64,000 bases of DNA from a virus (lineage: Duplodnaviria > Caudoviricetes): positions 1,778 to 65,777 of the IMG/VR virus record IMGVR_UViG_3300011013_000010. One strand, 5' to 3'. The notes below the pieces were generated by a model. It made no database searches, was not told where the DNA came from, and worked only from the letters and a program-made list of their open reading frames with translations. How positions within the stretch are numbered: the stretch's first letter is position 1; each line of letters starts with the position of its first letter. Positions 10,691 to 20,745 of the stretch are shown here, one piece after another. The position numbers and the translations under genes are program-made.

Positions 10691-13414
10691 ATGAGTAATC
10701 ATCAAGGTACTGGGGCTGAAGGTGAAGCGGCTGTAGCCGCTGGCATTCCTTCAAGCGCAGCCCAAAAACAAGAAAAACAAGAAAAACAAATAGAAGAAGA
10801 CAGTAAGGGCTTTAAAAGTGAAGATGAGCGTCAAGCAGCTCTTCGTTTCCAAGAGCAATGTCACCTTATGCTTAAGTGGGAAGAATTTACGAGTCAAAAC
10901 CCTGGACGTCAATCAGGAGTTTATTACAAGAATTTTGTCGCCATTGACCACGATACTCCTTTTGATTTTATTAACAAAATGTTTCATAAAGGAAAGGATG
11001 CAGACGTATTGTTTAATCTTAATACATCCCAGATGTCTTTGTTGGTTCCGCAGGTTCGATTGTTCAAGATTTATATTGATCCGATTACCAAAGAAGAGGC
11101 TTCAGTAGAACTCCCGTTTGATGATTTTTTGAGCAAGCAAGATGTAGCTAATATCGTCAAATCTAACGCTGGACGCGGACAAGGCGCCGGTTTAAAATCT
11201 TTTTCTTGGAAAACGGTCGGAACCTCGCCTGCTAATAGTTATCAATTTGTGGCTGATATGTCTTTGCACTTCCAAAGTATTGAAGATATTTTCAGCACTA
11301 GAATTGCTCGCACTATTCAATTTGGCGCTTCTAAGAAAAATGTAGAAGTTAGGTTTTCTGACTTGTTGTTTCCACAAACACAGTTTAGAAAAAGTGTTAA
11401 AGATGGACCACGTGTTTGGAATCCAGACTATTTTGCCATCAAAGCTATTGTTGGCTGGAAGGTGATGAAGCCTCGTGGTAGTCCAGGTTTTATTCCCAAA
11501 AAAGTGATAGATGTGATTGAGAGAACTCAAAACTCATTTGTGCTTTCTATGGTGCAACACGAAATAGATGTTCGAGATGATGGTTCTGTTGATCTTGATA
11601 TTAAGTTTATGACTATGTCTGAGATGCTTATTTCAGAACCACTTAGCGCTAATATTTTGTTTCCAAGCCCAGAGACTAAAAATGAAATAGAGAAACTACA
11701 GGAAAGAATTGATCGATTGGATTTCGAGATTGATAATCACGTTGATATTTCAAACAACGAAGAAGCACAAGAAGTCTTGGCTGGTGGGCAAACTCCAGTT
11801 CTAGCTTCGACTGGAATTTCCATAGAAACTGATAAAAAAAAGGCAGAGTTAGAACAAACTCGTTTACAGCTTGAAAAATATGACAACTCTAAGAAATCTC
11901 AAGCTTATAGGAGAATTGTTGGCTCTCTTTATCGAAATAAGTTAATTTATCACACTCTAGTAAAGAAAGAATTCCTCGATAAAAGAATAAAGATGCAGAC
12001 TCGCAAGATTTCAGATGATGGAGCAACTCCAGAGCAAATAGAACAGTCTAGAAACTTGTTCACAGAAACAAAAAATGCTGAAACCTCTATAGGAATATCA
12101 GATGGTTCTGACAACTTGCTGGAGCTTAACGAGAACAGTACTGACGCTGATTTCTCAAGAGATGTAAAAAGCCTTAGAGCCTTAGACGGCAGTAAGCTTG
12201 ATAGCAAACATTATAAGGTGATTTATTTTTACTTTGGGGATTTAATGGATGCCGTTCTTGAAGGAATGTTTAAGAAATCATTGTCAAAATCAGATTCGTT
12301 TGATAACAAAAGGATTAAGGTTCTCCTTGGACCTCTTACGTTCTATGATTACGGCAATCTAGTTGACAACAATGTAGTTGGAAAAAAGAGTGGCGTTAAA
12401 AATGATATTGCTGAAGTTGATGTGCATTATACTGGAAAAATGTCTAGCGTCAATTTAGCTGATATCCCTATTTCTATGCGAGTTTTCACTAACTGGTTTA
12501 ATGAAAAGATTGTCAGTCCTGGTCTTGAATCTTACACTTTTCAGGAGTTTGTTACAGATGCGATTAACGATCTTGTTTTAAGAGCTATTAAGACAGAGTG
12601 TTATGATTTCGCTCCTCGTCAACAAGCAAAACTTACGTATAAAACATTTTCTGTACCAGAAAATAGAAAAAGAAATCAAATCTTTAAGCAAAGCACTAGA
12701 GTTGAGTTAAAAGACTTGCAAGATACTCCTTTTATCTCTAAAGGGACACGTAGTTTGTCAGGCGATGTTGCTATGGAACAATATGTTTTGATACACGCTT
12801 CAGTAGACCACCCTTGGGAACTAACTGGCGATTATGATATCGACAAGGAAAACGGAATATTTCACTTGTTTTTCGGCAACGAACGTGGAGTCGTCAAAAA
12901 GATTAAGTTTAAAAGAGCAGATAAACCCTATATTCGTGCAGCTAATATTGCGAACAACTTTAATGAAACACAAGGTTCTACCAAGGTGTTGAGAGAGGTT
13001 TACAACGCTACAGTAGAGATGTATGGAAATAATCTTTTTGAGGTAGGAAATCAGGTTAGGCTTGTTCCTTCACTGGGTGGTGGCAACAATAGTTTGAGAC
13101 TAATAGACAAAGTCGAAGAACTAGGAATAGGCGGATATTTTATGGTCCTCGAAAGGGAAGATCGTGTAGAATCTGGTTTATATCAAACAGACTTAAGTCT
13201 TGTTTGGACCAGTCCAGCCACAGGTAAAATAGACATTGGAGATGTTAAACTCCCCAACTCTATTAGGGCGAAGAGAACTAAGAAAAAGGTCGAGACAACA
13301 AAAGCTAAAAGTGATGAAGTAAAGCCTTCAGGTGGCGACATAGGGCAAAACACAGAAAGTTCAGCACTCGACACATTAAAATCTATTGTTGGATTTAAGA
13401 AGGTGGGATCATAA
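10691..13414 (+). CDS. Large baseplate hub protein (gp27-like, putative)
   Basis: Synteny; C-terminal YNATVEMYGN...GIGGYFMV...YQTDL. Confidence 0.5.
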   Translation: MSNHQGTGAEGEAAVAAGIPSSAAQKQEKQEKQIEEDSKGFKSEDERQAALRFQEQCHLMLKWEEFTSQNPGRQSGVYYKNFVAIDHDTPFDFINKMFHKGKDADVLFNLNTSQMSLLVPQVRLFKIYIDPITKEEASVELPFDDFLSKQDVANIVKSNAGRGQGAGLKSFSWKTVGTSPANSYQFVADMSLHFQSIEDIFSTRIARTIQFGASKKNVEVRFSDLLFPQTQFRKSVKDGPRVWNPDYFAIKAIVGWKVMKPRGSPGFIPKKVIDVIERTQNSFVLSMVQHEIDVRDDGSVDLDIKFMTMSEMLISEPLSANILFPSPETKNEIEKLQERIDRLDFEIDNHVDISNNEEAQEVLAGGQTPVLASTGISIETDKKKAELEQTRLQLEKYDNSKKSQAYRRIVGSLYRNKLIYHTLVKKEFLDKRIKMQTRKISDDGATPEQIEQSRNLFTETKNAETSIGISDGSDNLLELNENSTDADFSRDVKSLRALDGSKLDSKHYKVIYFYFGDLMDAVLEGMFKKSLSKSDSFDNKRIKVLLGPLTFYDYGNLVDNNVVGKKSGVKNDIAEVDVHYTGKMSSVNLADIPISMRVFTNWFNEKIVSPGLESYTFQEFVTDAINDLVLRAIKTECYDFAPRQQAKLTYKTFSVPENRKRNQIFKQSTRVELKDLQDTPFISKGTRSLSGDVAMEQYVLIHASVDHPWELTGDYDIDKENGIFHLFFGNERGVVKKIKFKRADKPYIRAANIANNFNETQGSTKVLREVYNATVEMYGNNLFEVGNQVRLVPSLGGGNNSLRLIDKVEELGIGGYFMVLEREDRVESGLYQTDLSLVWTSPATGKIDIGDVKLPNSIRAKRTKKKVETTKAKSDEVKPSGGDIGQNTESSALDTLKSIVGFKKVGS

Positions 13415-14655
13415 TGGTTAAAATGGACCTTACAAAGGAAGAGCCTCTATTGACCAACACCGAGCCTGTTGGTTCAAACAGCCTTACCTCACGAGCTACC
13501 TTTTACCAAAGAAAGCTTTATGAAATGGTGGCATTCAAGTCACCCCTGATTGGTGATACTAAGCCTATTGATTTTTGGTATGAGAAAACCTTCTATGGAC
13601 GAATCAATCCAGAATCTAAAGCAGTCCACGTTTCAGAAACTTATTTAAAGCAAATTCCTGGCACACCTGATTTGTTTTTGTTGAATTTTGTAGTAGATGC
13701 TTTTGAAGATTTGAGAGATTTTTTTAATGTAATGAGCGCGAGAGACGGTATTGAACCTGACAGTGTTTATGCGGTCATCAATCCGGTGAATGCTTGGACG
13801 AGCACTAATACTGCTTATCACGTATTGATGACTACGCTTTATGAAAAGTTTAAAGTTTTTGTTTCTAGCCAGCGCAAAGAAAAGAAGATAAAAGATTTTC
13901 AAACCTTTATAGGCGTTTTTACTGAGTTCATTGATTCTGTTACTCCATTGTTATCGTTGACTCGTTCAAAAATGATTATTTCTCGCTTGGCTGATCCTAA
14001 AACATCTGGCTTGGTTGTGGAGTTGGGTGCTCGTTCTCACGCTAATGACGAACCCAAAGTGGAAGATTATTTAAAAGATCCTAACTTTCCTGTTTTTAAA
14101 GAAACGGCTCAGAGGTTTGGTTTTGTTGTAGACCGTCACGCTCCGTGGCGGCTTGTAGCTGATATTGGTTCTCCAGCGATGAAGCCTTATATGGACGCTT
14201 TCGAATTAAATACAGAAACTCTTTTTCAAAAATATTATTATACCTCCTTTGAGCTGGATTTAGCTGCTCTTAAGACTTATATTATTCAATTTTACAACTC
14301 TTACGTTTCTGGAAAGAAGATATTAGTAGAGCCAGTGTTTTCTTATGATGAAGCAGGTCGCGTTGTGGTCCTTAATAACGAAATCGTTCGAGAGACCAAA
14401 ACAGAGTTAGAAATAGACAAGCAATATTCAGAAGAATTTTGGCTAAGGATGTATGCTTTCATTAGAGCAAGAGAGGAAAATAAAACTTGGAGCCAAGTTG
14501 AGTTCGAAAAAGTTGTTAGAAATGCATTTTTGTACCTAAAAGGACTTGACAAAGAAACAGCTATAGAGTATCTTGAGCGTAGGACTCGTTTGGCGTCCGG
14601 TTCTAATCGCAAAGAGAGGAACTATCATTTTATTAATCTACAGAGACTTACCTGA
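13414..14655 (+). CDS. Hypothetical protein (end of structural module)
   Basis: 413-aa ORF coupled to previous gene (TAATG). Confidence 0.6.
   Translation: MVKMDLTKEEPLLTNTEPVGSNSLTSRATFYQRKLYEMVAFKSPLIGDTKPIDFWYEKTFYGRINPESKAVHVSETYLKQIPGTPDLFLLNFVVDAFEDLRDFFNVMSARDGIEPDSVYAVINPVNAWTSTNTAYHVLMTTLYEKFKVFVSSQRKEKKIKDFQTFIGVFTEFIDSVTPLLSLTRSKMIISRLADPKTSGLVVELGARSHANDEPKVEDYLKDPNFPVFKETAQRFGFVVDRHAPWRLVADIGSPAMKPYMDAFELNTETLFQKYYYTSFELDLAALKTYIIQFYNSYVSGKKILVEPVFSYDEAGRVVVLNNEIVRETKTELEIDKQYSEEFWLRMYAFIRAREENKTWSQVEFEKVVRNAFLYLKGLDKETAIEYLERRTRLASGSNRKERNYHFINLQRLT
14546..14574 (+). promoter_or_regulatory. Sigma70-like promoter at start of replication module
   Basis: TTGACA-17-TATCTT inside upstream ORF. 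Confidence 0.5.
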
Positions 14656-15839
14656 CTACATTTGCAGCATTAGATGATAAAGAATCTTGCGTTGGCTATT
14701 ACGCTGGCGGCGAGTTGATTTATGAAAAAGAACTTCCACCGAATCTTACGAAGACGTGGAAGTTTTTGCCATTTTTGGAATCCGAAGATTGTACATATGC
14801 ATTCCTTCTAGACCCACACGGAATGGATTTGGACCGCTGCCCAGAAGAGCTGAAAGGGCGTTGGGAAAAGATGAGCACAAGAATGGCTGCTTTCTTACGT
14901 TCTTTCTCGGAAGCCAAAATTAGCCTTAAAGATAACTGTCTATATGAAATGGTACCAGATCAATTTCTCCTTGAATATTTTGATACACAGTGTAGGATTG
15001 TGGATTACATTTTTGAGAAGTTTGAAAAACCTAAGGATTATGACCACAGATTGGCTCTCCACAAAATGCTGGTACATATTTCTACCCTACCACTTACCCT
15101 AGATAAGCGCGCTTTGAAAAATAAGCTATCTAATGTTCAAGCGCGTAACTTCTTGAAAAAACTAAACGAATGGGAGCATATTGGATTTAACCAGTTCGGA
15201 ACAAAGACTGGCAGACTGACTACAGAGAAAAATAGCTTTCCCATCTTGACTATGAATAAAGAATATAGGTCAGTCTTAAAGCCGCAGAATCATTTCTTTA
15301 TCGAGTATGATTTTAATGCAGCAGAACCACGAGTTTTTTTAGCATTGGCAGGTTGGGAGCAGCCAGCAGGTGATATTCATCAATGGAACGCTGACAAAAT
15401 CTTTGAAGGCACCAAAACAAGAGACGAAGCCAAGAAAGAGTTTTTGGCTTGGTTCTATAATCCTTCAGATGAACGTGAATTTGGTGTCTTTTACAATCGC
15501 AAAGATGTGCTTGACAAGTTTTGGGATGGGTGCTATATTGAGAACCCCTTCGGAAGAAGGATCGAAGCCGATCATCATCACGCTCTGAACTATATTGTTC
15601 AAAGTACTACATCAGATTTGGTTCAAAGGCAGGCAGTGAAGATTTTTGATTTACTCAAGGATAAAGTATCTAATGTGGCTTTTACAATGCACGATTCGGT
15701 TATTGTTGATTTGCACGTAGATGAAAAAGAAATGATTCACAAAATAGCTAAAGTATTTGGAGATACCCAGTTTGGTAAGTTCAAGGTGAGCGTAGCAGCT
15801 GGACAAGATTTTGGCAACTTGGAGGAGCTTGAAGTATGA
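14652..15839 (+). CDS. Short family-A DNA polymerase-like protein (probable CTG start)
   Basis: TGRL, motif A DFNAAEPR, motif B RDEAK..L..Y, NYIVQS, motif C HDS; no recognisable exonuclease motifs. Confidence 0.75.
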   Translation: MTTFAALDDKESCVGYYAGGELIYEKELPPNLTKTWKFLPFLESEDCTYAFLLDPHGMDLDRCPEELKGRWEKMSTRMAAFLRSFSEAKISLKDNCLYEMVPDQFLLEYFDTQCRIVDYIFEKFEKPKDYDHRLALHKMLVHISTLPLTLDKRALKNKLSNVQARNFLKKLNEWEHIGFNQFGTKTGRLTTEKNSFPILTMNKEYRSVLKPQNHFFIEYDFNAAEPRVFLALAGWEQPAGDIHQWNADKIFEGTKTRDEAKKEFLAWFYNPSDEREFGVFYNRKDVLDKFWDGCYIENPFGRRIEADHHHALNYIVQSTTSDLVQRQAVKIFDLLKDKVSNVAFTMHDSVIVDLHVDEKEMIHKIAKVFGDTQFGKFKVSVAAGQDFGNLEELEV

Positions 15840-16216
15840 GTAGGGTTCCAAAAGAGACCGTTTTGAATAAAGAGCTGAGGAGAAAAAGCACAATGGATAA
15901 ACGCACTTGCTATGATAAGTTGGTTCGTGATAAGATTTCTGAACACTTGTGCAGAAAAAAACTCAAACACAAAGTGAGCCTAACGAAGGATCATTTTGAA
16001 TATCAAGAGAGGCTAGAGACCAAGCTTCTTGAGGAAGTGAAAGAGTTTTTAGATGAACCTTGCAATGAAGAGGCAGCTGATGTACTTGAGGTGTTTGAGG
16101 CGCTTCTGAAGGCTCATGGCATTGCTTTGTCTAACGTCATTGACGCTCGCTTTAAAAAAGCAGAATCAAAAGGGCGCTTTAATGATGGCGTGGTTCTTGA
16201 ATGGGTAGAGAGATGA
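15836..16216 (+). CDS. MazG-like/PRA-PH NTP pyrophosphohydrolase
   Basis: YDKLVRDKI, KLLEEVKEF, EEAADVLEV, GRF motifs. Confidence 0.75.
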   Translation: MSRVPKETVLNKELRRKSTMDKRTCYDKLVRDKISEHLCRKKLKHKVSLTKDHFEYQERLETKLLEEVKEFLDEPCNEEAADVLEVFEALLKAHGIALSNVIDARFKKAESKGRFNDGVVLEWVER

Positions 16217-17049
16217 ATGTTGTCGGATTAGGACACGCAGGTTGTGCGATTGCCAAACAGTTTGAGCAATTTCCGCAGTATTCTATCTATTTCATTGACA
16301 CTGAAAGTTGGGCTCAAAGCAGCCGTTCTTTCGTTCTAAATGAGTGTCAAAAACCTGAGGAATATGAGGATAACTGCCCGGATTTAAAGGCTTTTCTTGC
16401 CGATTGCGAGGGCGACGTACTACTTATAGTAGGTGGATCGGGAATGATTTCGGGCGCCTCTTTACGGATTTTAGAACAAGTTAATCACTGTAAAATCTCT
16501 GTCCTATATGTTCAACCAGATCTGGATTTCTTATTTGGTGATGACATTTTGCAAGAGAGAGTAACACTTGGAGTGTTTCAACAGTTTGCTCGTTCTGGTT
16601 TGTTTGAAAGATTGTATTTAGTAAATAACGTAAGTGTGGAAGAGAGTTTGGGAAAAATAACAGTAGCTGATTATTTTGAGAAAATCAATGAAGCGATTGC
16701 ATCTACTCTCCATATGATTCATATTTGGCAACACACTACTCCAATAATGGGGAATCTCAACAAGCCAGAAGAAATCGAAAGAATCACCACATTTGGAGTA
16801 ATGGATGTAGAATCAGGAGAGGAAAAACTGTTCTTTCCTATGAATCACATCACTAGCAAAAACATTCTATACGCTATTAGCGATAAAATATTGAAAAATG
16901 AAGGACATTTGTTGCAGGATGTTCAAAAGCAGATCAAAAGCAAGATGTCTGATAATATTAAGGTATCATTTGGAATCTACCCTACAGATTATGAAGGTAG
17001 TCAAGTGTACACTCTTGCCCACACAAAAATTGTTGATGAAGGTAGTTGA
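16213..17049 (+). CDS. Divergent tubulin/FtsZ-family protein
   Basis: VVGLGHAGCAIA T1 loop, GGSGMISG degenerate T4 loop, LVNN, INEAIA; ATGA overlap at 16213. Confidence 0.65.
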   Translation: MNVVGLGHAGCAIAKQFEQFPQYSIYFIDTESWAQSSRSFVLNECQKPEEYEDNCPDLKAFLADCEGDVLLIVGGSGMISGASLRILEQVNHCKISVLYVQPDLDFLFGDDILQERVTLGVFQQFARSGLFERLYLVNNVSVEESLGKITVADYFEKINEAIASTLHMIHIWQHTTPIMGNLNKPEEIERITTFGVMDVESGEEKLFFPMNHITSKNILYAISDKILKNEGHLLQDVQKQIKSKMSDNIKVSFGIYPTDYEGSQVYTLAHTKIVDEGS

Positions 17050-17074
17050 CAGAACAAATGATCTGTGCTATCAT
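17046..17074 (+). promoter_or_regulatory. Sigma70-like promoter with AATGATCT spacer
   Basis: TTGACA-17-TATCAT. Confidence 0.75.
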
Positions 17075-17104
17075 AGCCACACAATATAAGACAAAGGAGT
17101 AATA

Positions 17105-17392
17105 ATGTCTAAAATTAATTTTAATACCCGCGCTCAAACTCAAAAAGGTTTTTTGAAGTTTGGAGATTTGAATACGGGAGAGACTTTTCGTTTTTCTAGT
17201 GGTCTTGATGATCGCGTTTATATGAAGGTTTCTGATATTCGCAATGCTAATGTAAACTATGAGAACTTGCTTGATAGGTATACAGCTGGAGGAGTTTATG
17301 TTTCACTTGTTACTGGCGAACTATACCAGCATTCGCAAGGCACTCAGGCACTCGTTGATCGCGTTAACGTAAACGCTAGCGCGAATAACTAG
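17105..17392 (+). CDS. Hypothetical protein
   Basis: SD AAGGAG; downstream of promoter. Confidence 0.65.
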   Translation: MSKINFNTRAQTQKGFLKFGDLNTGETFRFSSGLDDRVYMKVSDIRNANVNYENLLDRYTAGGVYVSLVTGELYQHSQGTQALVDRVNVNASANN

Positions 17393-17394
17393 AT

Positions 17395-17655
17395 ATGGCG
17401 TTGTTGAAAGTATACGAAGGTCATTTTGAAAAGCAGGACGGCGATATTCGCAATATGCGATTCGTCAAGCTAAACGAAGTGCCTTCTGAACTTCTCCCAG
17501 AGTCTAAGACAAAGGGGGATTCCGCACCCAAGAACTTCTCTGAAGGTGTAGAACTAGTTTGGGATCTTGATAAAAAGGGATTCCGAGCTTTCAACTGGGG
17601 TACCGTTGTCGGTATTGTGGTTGAAAAAGAAGAAGAAATAAACCAACTGAGGTGA
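17395..17655 (+). CDS. SH3/WYL-like small protein
   Basis: FEKQDGDIRNM...VWDLDKKGFRAFNW pattern. Confidence 0.55.
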   Translation: MALLKVYEGHFEKQDGDIRNMRFVKLNEVPSELLPESKTKGDSAPKNFSEGVELVWDLDKKGFRAFNWGTVVGIVVEKEEEINQLR

Positions 17656-17696
17656 TGTGAACAATTCCACATCATCATAACTAAAGGAGTTAAATA

Positions 17697-18449
17697 ATGG
17701 CTATTGATATGAAAAAAATGCGTGCCAAACTGGACGCAGCAAAAAACAAGGGTGGAAAGACCTGGAAACCGAAGATCGATTCGGAAACCAAAGTTCGTCT
17801 TATTCCTACCCCGGATGGAGATCCGTTCAAGGAGAAGCATTTTCACTACAATCTAGGCAAACAAAGCGTTCTTTGTCCAAAAAGAAACTTTGATGAAGAT
17901 TGTCCAGTATGTGAGTTTGCTTCTTCTTTATGGAATGAAGGCGACGACGACAGCAAAGAGATGGCTAAGAAGCTCTTTGTTAGGCAGCGTTTTTACTCGC
18001 CAATCATTCTTCGCGATGAGAAAGAGCCTACTGTTAAGGTCTGGGCTTACAGCCAATCTGTTTACCAAGATCTTTTGAGTACGTGTCTCAATCCTGAATA
18101 TGGAGATATTACAGATATTGAGTCGGGAACTGATTTTACTATCAAATATGAAAAAGGTGATGGCAACTTCCCAAGCACTAAGCTTGTTTATTCGCGTAAC
18201 CCAAGTTCACTTTGTGGTGATTTGGGTAAGGATAAATGTGCTGAGTTGCTGAGCGATTTGCCTGATTTTGATGAGCTTTACGAACGTAAATCTACAGCTG
18301 AGGTTCAGGCGATGCTTGATGCTTGGATGGACTCAGAAGAAAACGAAGGTGCTGATGTTGAGAAATTCTCAGGCAGCACAACTGAGGAAACCAGCGTTGA
18401 TGGCGCTCTTGATGACCTGAAGAAGGGTAAAAAGAAGAAGTCTGCGTAG
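17697..18449 (+). CDS. ssDNA-binding protein (gp32-like)
   Basis: WKP, VRLIP, H..C..CPVC zinc site, YGDITD..GTDF, acidic tail. Confidence 0.85.
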   Translation: MAIDMKKMRAKLDAAKNKGGKTWKPKIDSETKVRLIPTPDGDPFKEKHFHYNLGKQSVLCPKRNFDEDCPVCEFASSLWNEGDDDSKEMAKKLFVRQRFYSPIILRDEKEPTVKVWAYSQSVYQDLLSTCLNPEYGDITDIESGTDFTIKYEKGDGNFPSTKLVYSRNPSSLCGDLGKDKCAELLSDLPDFDELYERKSTAEVQAMLDAWMDSEENEGADVEKFSGSTTEETSVDGALDDLKKGKKKKSA

Positions 18450-18464
18450 GAGTCTTGTGTCTGT

Positions 18465-18500
18465 GGGGAGATCCATTCATTTGGGTCTCCCCCTTTTTTT
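18465..18500 (+). terminator. Intrinsic terminator
   Basis: GGGGAGATCC/GGGTCTCCCC stem plus T7. Confidence 0.8.
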
Positions 18501-18520
18501 AATATCTAGGAGAAAGGATA

Positions 18521-19714
18521 ATGGTAAAAGGTAAAGAAAAACCAAATGCAGTAGATGCCGAAGCACGCCGCAAGATGCTTAACAAACTCGCAGGAGGCAA
18601 AGTTGCCTTCAATCTGATGGAGGAAAGTCCATCAGATGTTAAATATTGGATTCGCACTGGTTCAACGTGGCTAGATGCAATCATCGCTCGGGGGCAAATG
18701 GCAGGTATTCCAGGTGGGCGTATCACAGAGTTTGCTGGATTGCAGTCTGTTGGTAAATCATACATGGCTTTGCAGATTGCAGCCAATGCTCAGAAAGATT
18801 TGGGAATGACTGTTGTGTATGCAGACCCAGAAGGTGGTATTGACCCACAGTTTATGCTCGACGCTGGAGTTGACCTTGAAGAGATCATCTACATTCAGCC
18901 ACCCGACTTGGAAACGTGGTATGAAATGATAGAAGGAATGCTTAATACCCGCAGCGACGACGAGAAGTTTCTTTTTATTCTCGATTCTTTGGCTTCTCTT
19001 CCAAGCAAATCAGATAACGAAGGTGACTACAACCCCAATTCATCGGTTGGTGTTACAGCAAGGATTCAATCTAAGGCATTAAAAAAGCTTACTATGCCGC
19101 TGCAACAGGCAGAATCTACATACGTTATTCTGAATCAACTAAAGACCAATATTACAGGTTTAGCAAGTATTCCAAATGCAAAATACGCTACAGACAGTCA
19201 GCGCTATATTGCTCCAGGCGGTAAAGCAGCTGAGTTTCATTGTAGCGTTAGAATCTGGCTTACTGGCTCTCAATCCAAGAAGTTGATTGTCTTGGACGAC
19301 AACGGATTTAGAGTGGGTTCTTATGTCAAAGCAAGAATGGAGAAATCTCGATTTGGCTCGCAGGGTCGTATTTGTGAGTTCAAAATTCTTTGGGGTGACA
19401 GGGTCGGGGTTATGGATGAAGAGAGTATTTTGGAAGCAATCAAAGGTGCCGATGAGGTTACTTTGGGATCTTGGAATAAGCTTGTAACTCCAGCTAAAAC
19501 TTGGAAATGGCAGAAAGATGGTTTTGTCAAAAATATGAAAACTGATCCAGAGTTCAAGAAAACCGTAATGGATATTTTGATGCGTGACGTTGTTTTGGCT
19601 TTTGAACAAAAGACGGGAAATGCGAACGACTTCTACGATAAGACACCAGAAGATTTGAAAGAAGAAGATCGTCTCAAGCGCGAAGCTGTCGCAACAGAAA
19701 AAGATAAAGATTAA
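18521..19714 (+). CDS. uvsX: RecA/UvsX recombinase
   Basis: TGS..LD, GRITEFAGLQSVGKS Walker A, ILDSLA, ILNQLK, PGGKA. Confidence 0.9.
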   Translation: MVKGKEKPNAVDAEARRKMLNKLAGGKVAFNLMEESPSDVKYWIRTGSTWLDAIIARGQMAGIPGGRITEFAGLQSVGKSYMALQIAANAQKDLGMTVVYADPEGGIDPQFMLDAGVDLEEIIYIQPPDLETWYEMIEGMLNTRSDDEKFLFILDSLASLPSKSDNEGDYNPNSSVGVTARIQSKALKKLTMPLQQAESTYVILNQLKTNITGLASIPNAKYATDSQRYIAPGGKAAEFHCSVRIWLTGSQSKKLIVLDDNGFRVGSYVKARMEKSRFGSQGRICEFKILWGDRVGVMDEESILEAIKGADEVTLGSWNKLVTPAKTWKWQKDGFVKNMKTDPEFKKTVMDILMRDVVLAFEQKTGNANDFYDKTPEDLKEEDRLKREAVATEKDKD

Positions 19715-19731
19715 AGCTTAAAGAGGCAAAA

Positions 19732-20700
19732 ATGACTAAGAGAGTAATGATTATTGATGCGTTGAATCATTTTTTGAGATTCTATATCGTAGACCCCAGC
19801 TTGTCAACTAATGGTCAGCCACTCGGAGGGCTCAAAGGGTTCTTCAAGGGGATGCAGAAGTTATGTCGTGAAATCAAGCCAGATGCTATTGTTGTTGTGT
19901 GGGACGGCGCAGGTGGCAGCAAGAAGCGAAAAACAATGCATAAGGGCTACAAGGCAGGACGTAAGCCTATTCGACTCAACCGAAACATTGACTTGACAGA
20001 TGAAGAAGAGAAGAACAATAAGTTCTGGCAGTTAAACAGAACAATGGAATATCTCAATCTTACCCCTGTGATTCAACTTATGGAAGATGGAGTAGAGGCG
20101 GATGATTTGATTGCTTTGACTTGTCAAATGCCTCGTTTTAAAGGATGGAACAAGATCATCGTTTCAGCTGATAAGGACTTCTTTCAACTTGCCGACGATG
20201 AAACGATCATATACAGACCAACACAAAGTGAAGTGCTCAACAAGAACCACATCATAGAAAAGTTCGATATTCATCCTGTCAATTTCGCACTAGCACGCTC
20301 TATGGTGGGAGACTCATCAGACAACTTGCCTGGAATCAAAGGAGTTGGCTTGCCTACGGTTGCTAAGCGTCTCCCTTTCTTGAGAGAAGAGAAAGAATAT
20401 GAAATCAGTGATGTCGAGGAATACTGTAAAAAAGTAGATAGCAAACTCAAGATCTATGAATCTATTTTGTCTAATCTTGATACGGTCAAGTTCAATCTGA
20501 AAATGATGCAGCTTAGCTCTCCCAGTATCTCCTTTCAAACTAAAGAGCGTGTCAACTATGTTTTCGACAATGCTTATTATGGAGTGAACAAAACTGATTT
20601 TGTAAAAAATGCTATTCAAGATGGCTTTGGTGTTGTTAAGTTTGATGAGTTGTTCGCTTTGTTTAACAGAATAGCTAACGACAACAAAGAGGTTGACTAA
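19732..20700 (+). CDS. 5'-3' exonuclease/flap endonuclease (RNase H-like)
   Basis: IIDA, VVWDG, YKAGR, EADD, SADKDF, GDSSDNLPGIKGVG. Confidence 0.9.
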   Translation: MTKRVMIIDALNHFLRFYIVDPSLSTNGQPLGGLKGFFKGMQKLCREIKPDAIVVVWDGAGGSKKRKTMHKGYKAGRKPIRLNRNIDLTDEEEKNNKFWQLNRTMEYLNLTPVIQLMEDGVEADDLIALTCQMPRFKGWNKIIVSADKDFFQLADDETIIYRPTQSEVLNKNHIIEKFDIHPVNFALARSMVGDSSDNLPGIKGVGLPTVAKRLPFLREEKEYEISDVEEYCKKVDSKLKIYESILSNLDTVKFNLKMMQLSSPSISFQTKERVNYVFDNAYYGVNKTDFVKNAIQDGFGVVKFDELFALFNRIANDNKEVD

Positions 20701-20721
20701 GAAAAAAGTCTGTACTATACT
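20693..20721 (+). promoter_or_regulatory. Sigma70-like promoter
   Basis: TTGACT-17-TATACT before helicase. Confidence 0.6.
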
Positions 20722-20745
20722 AACCAACTCAAGGAGATTCCCTAG

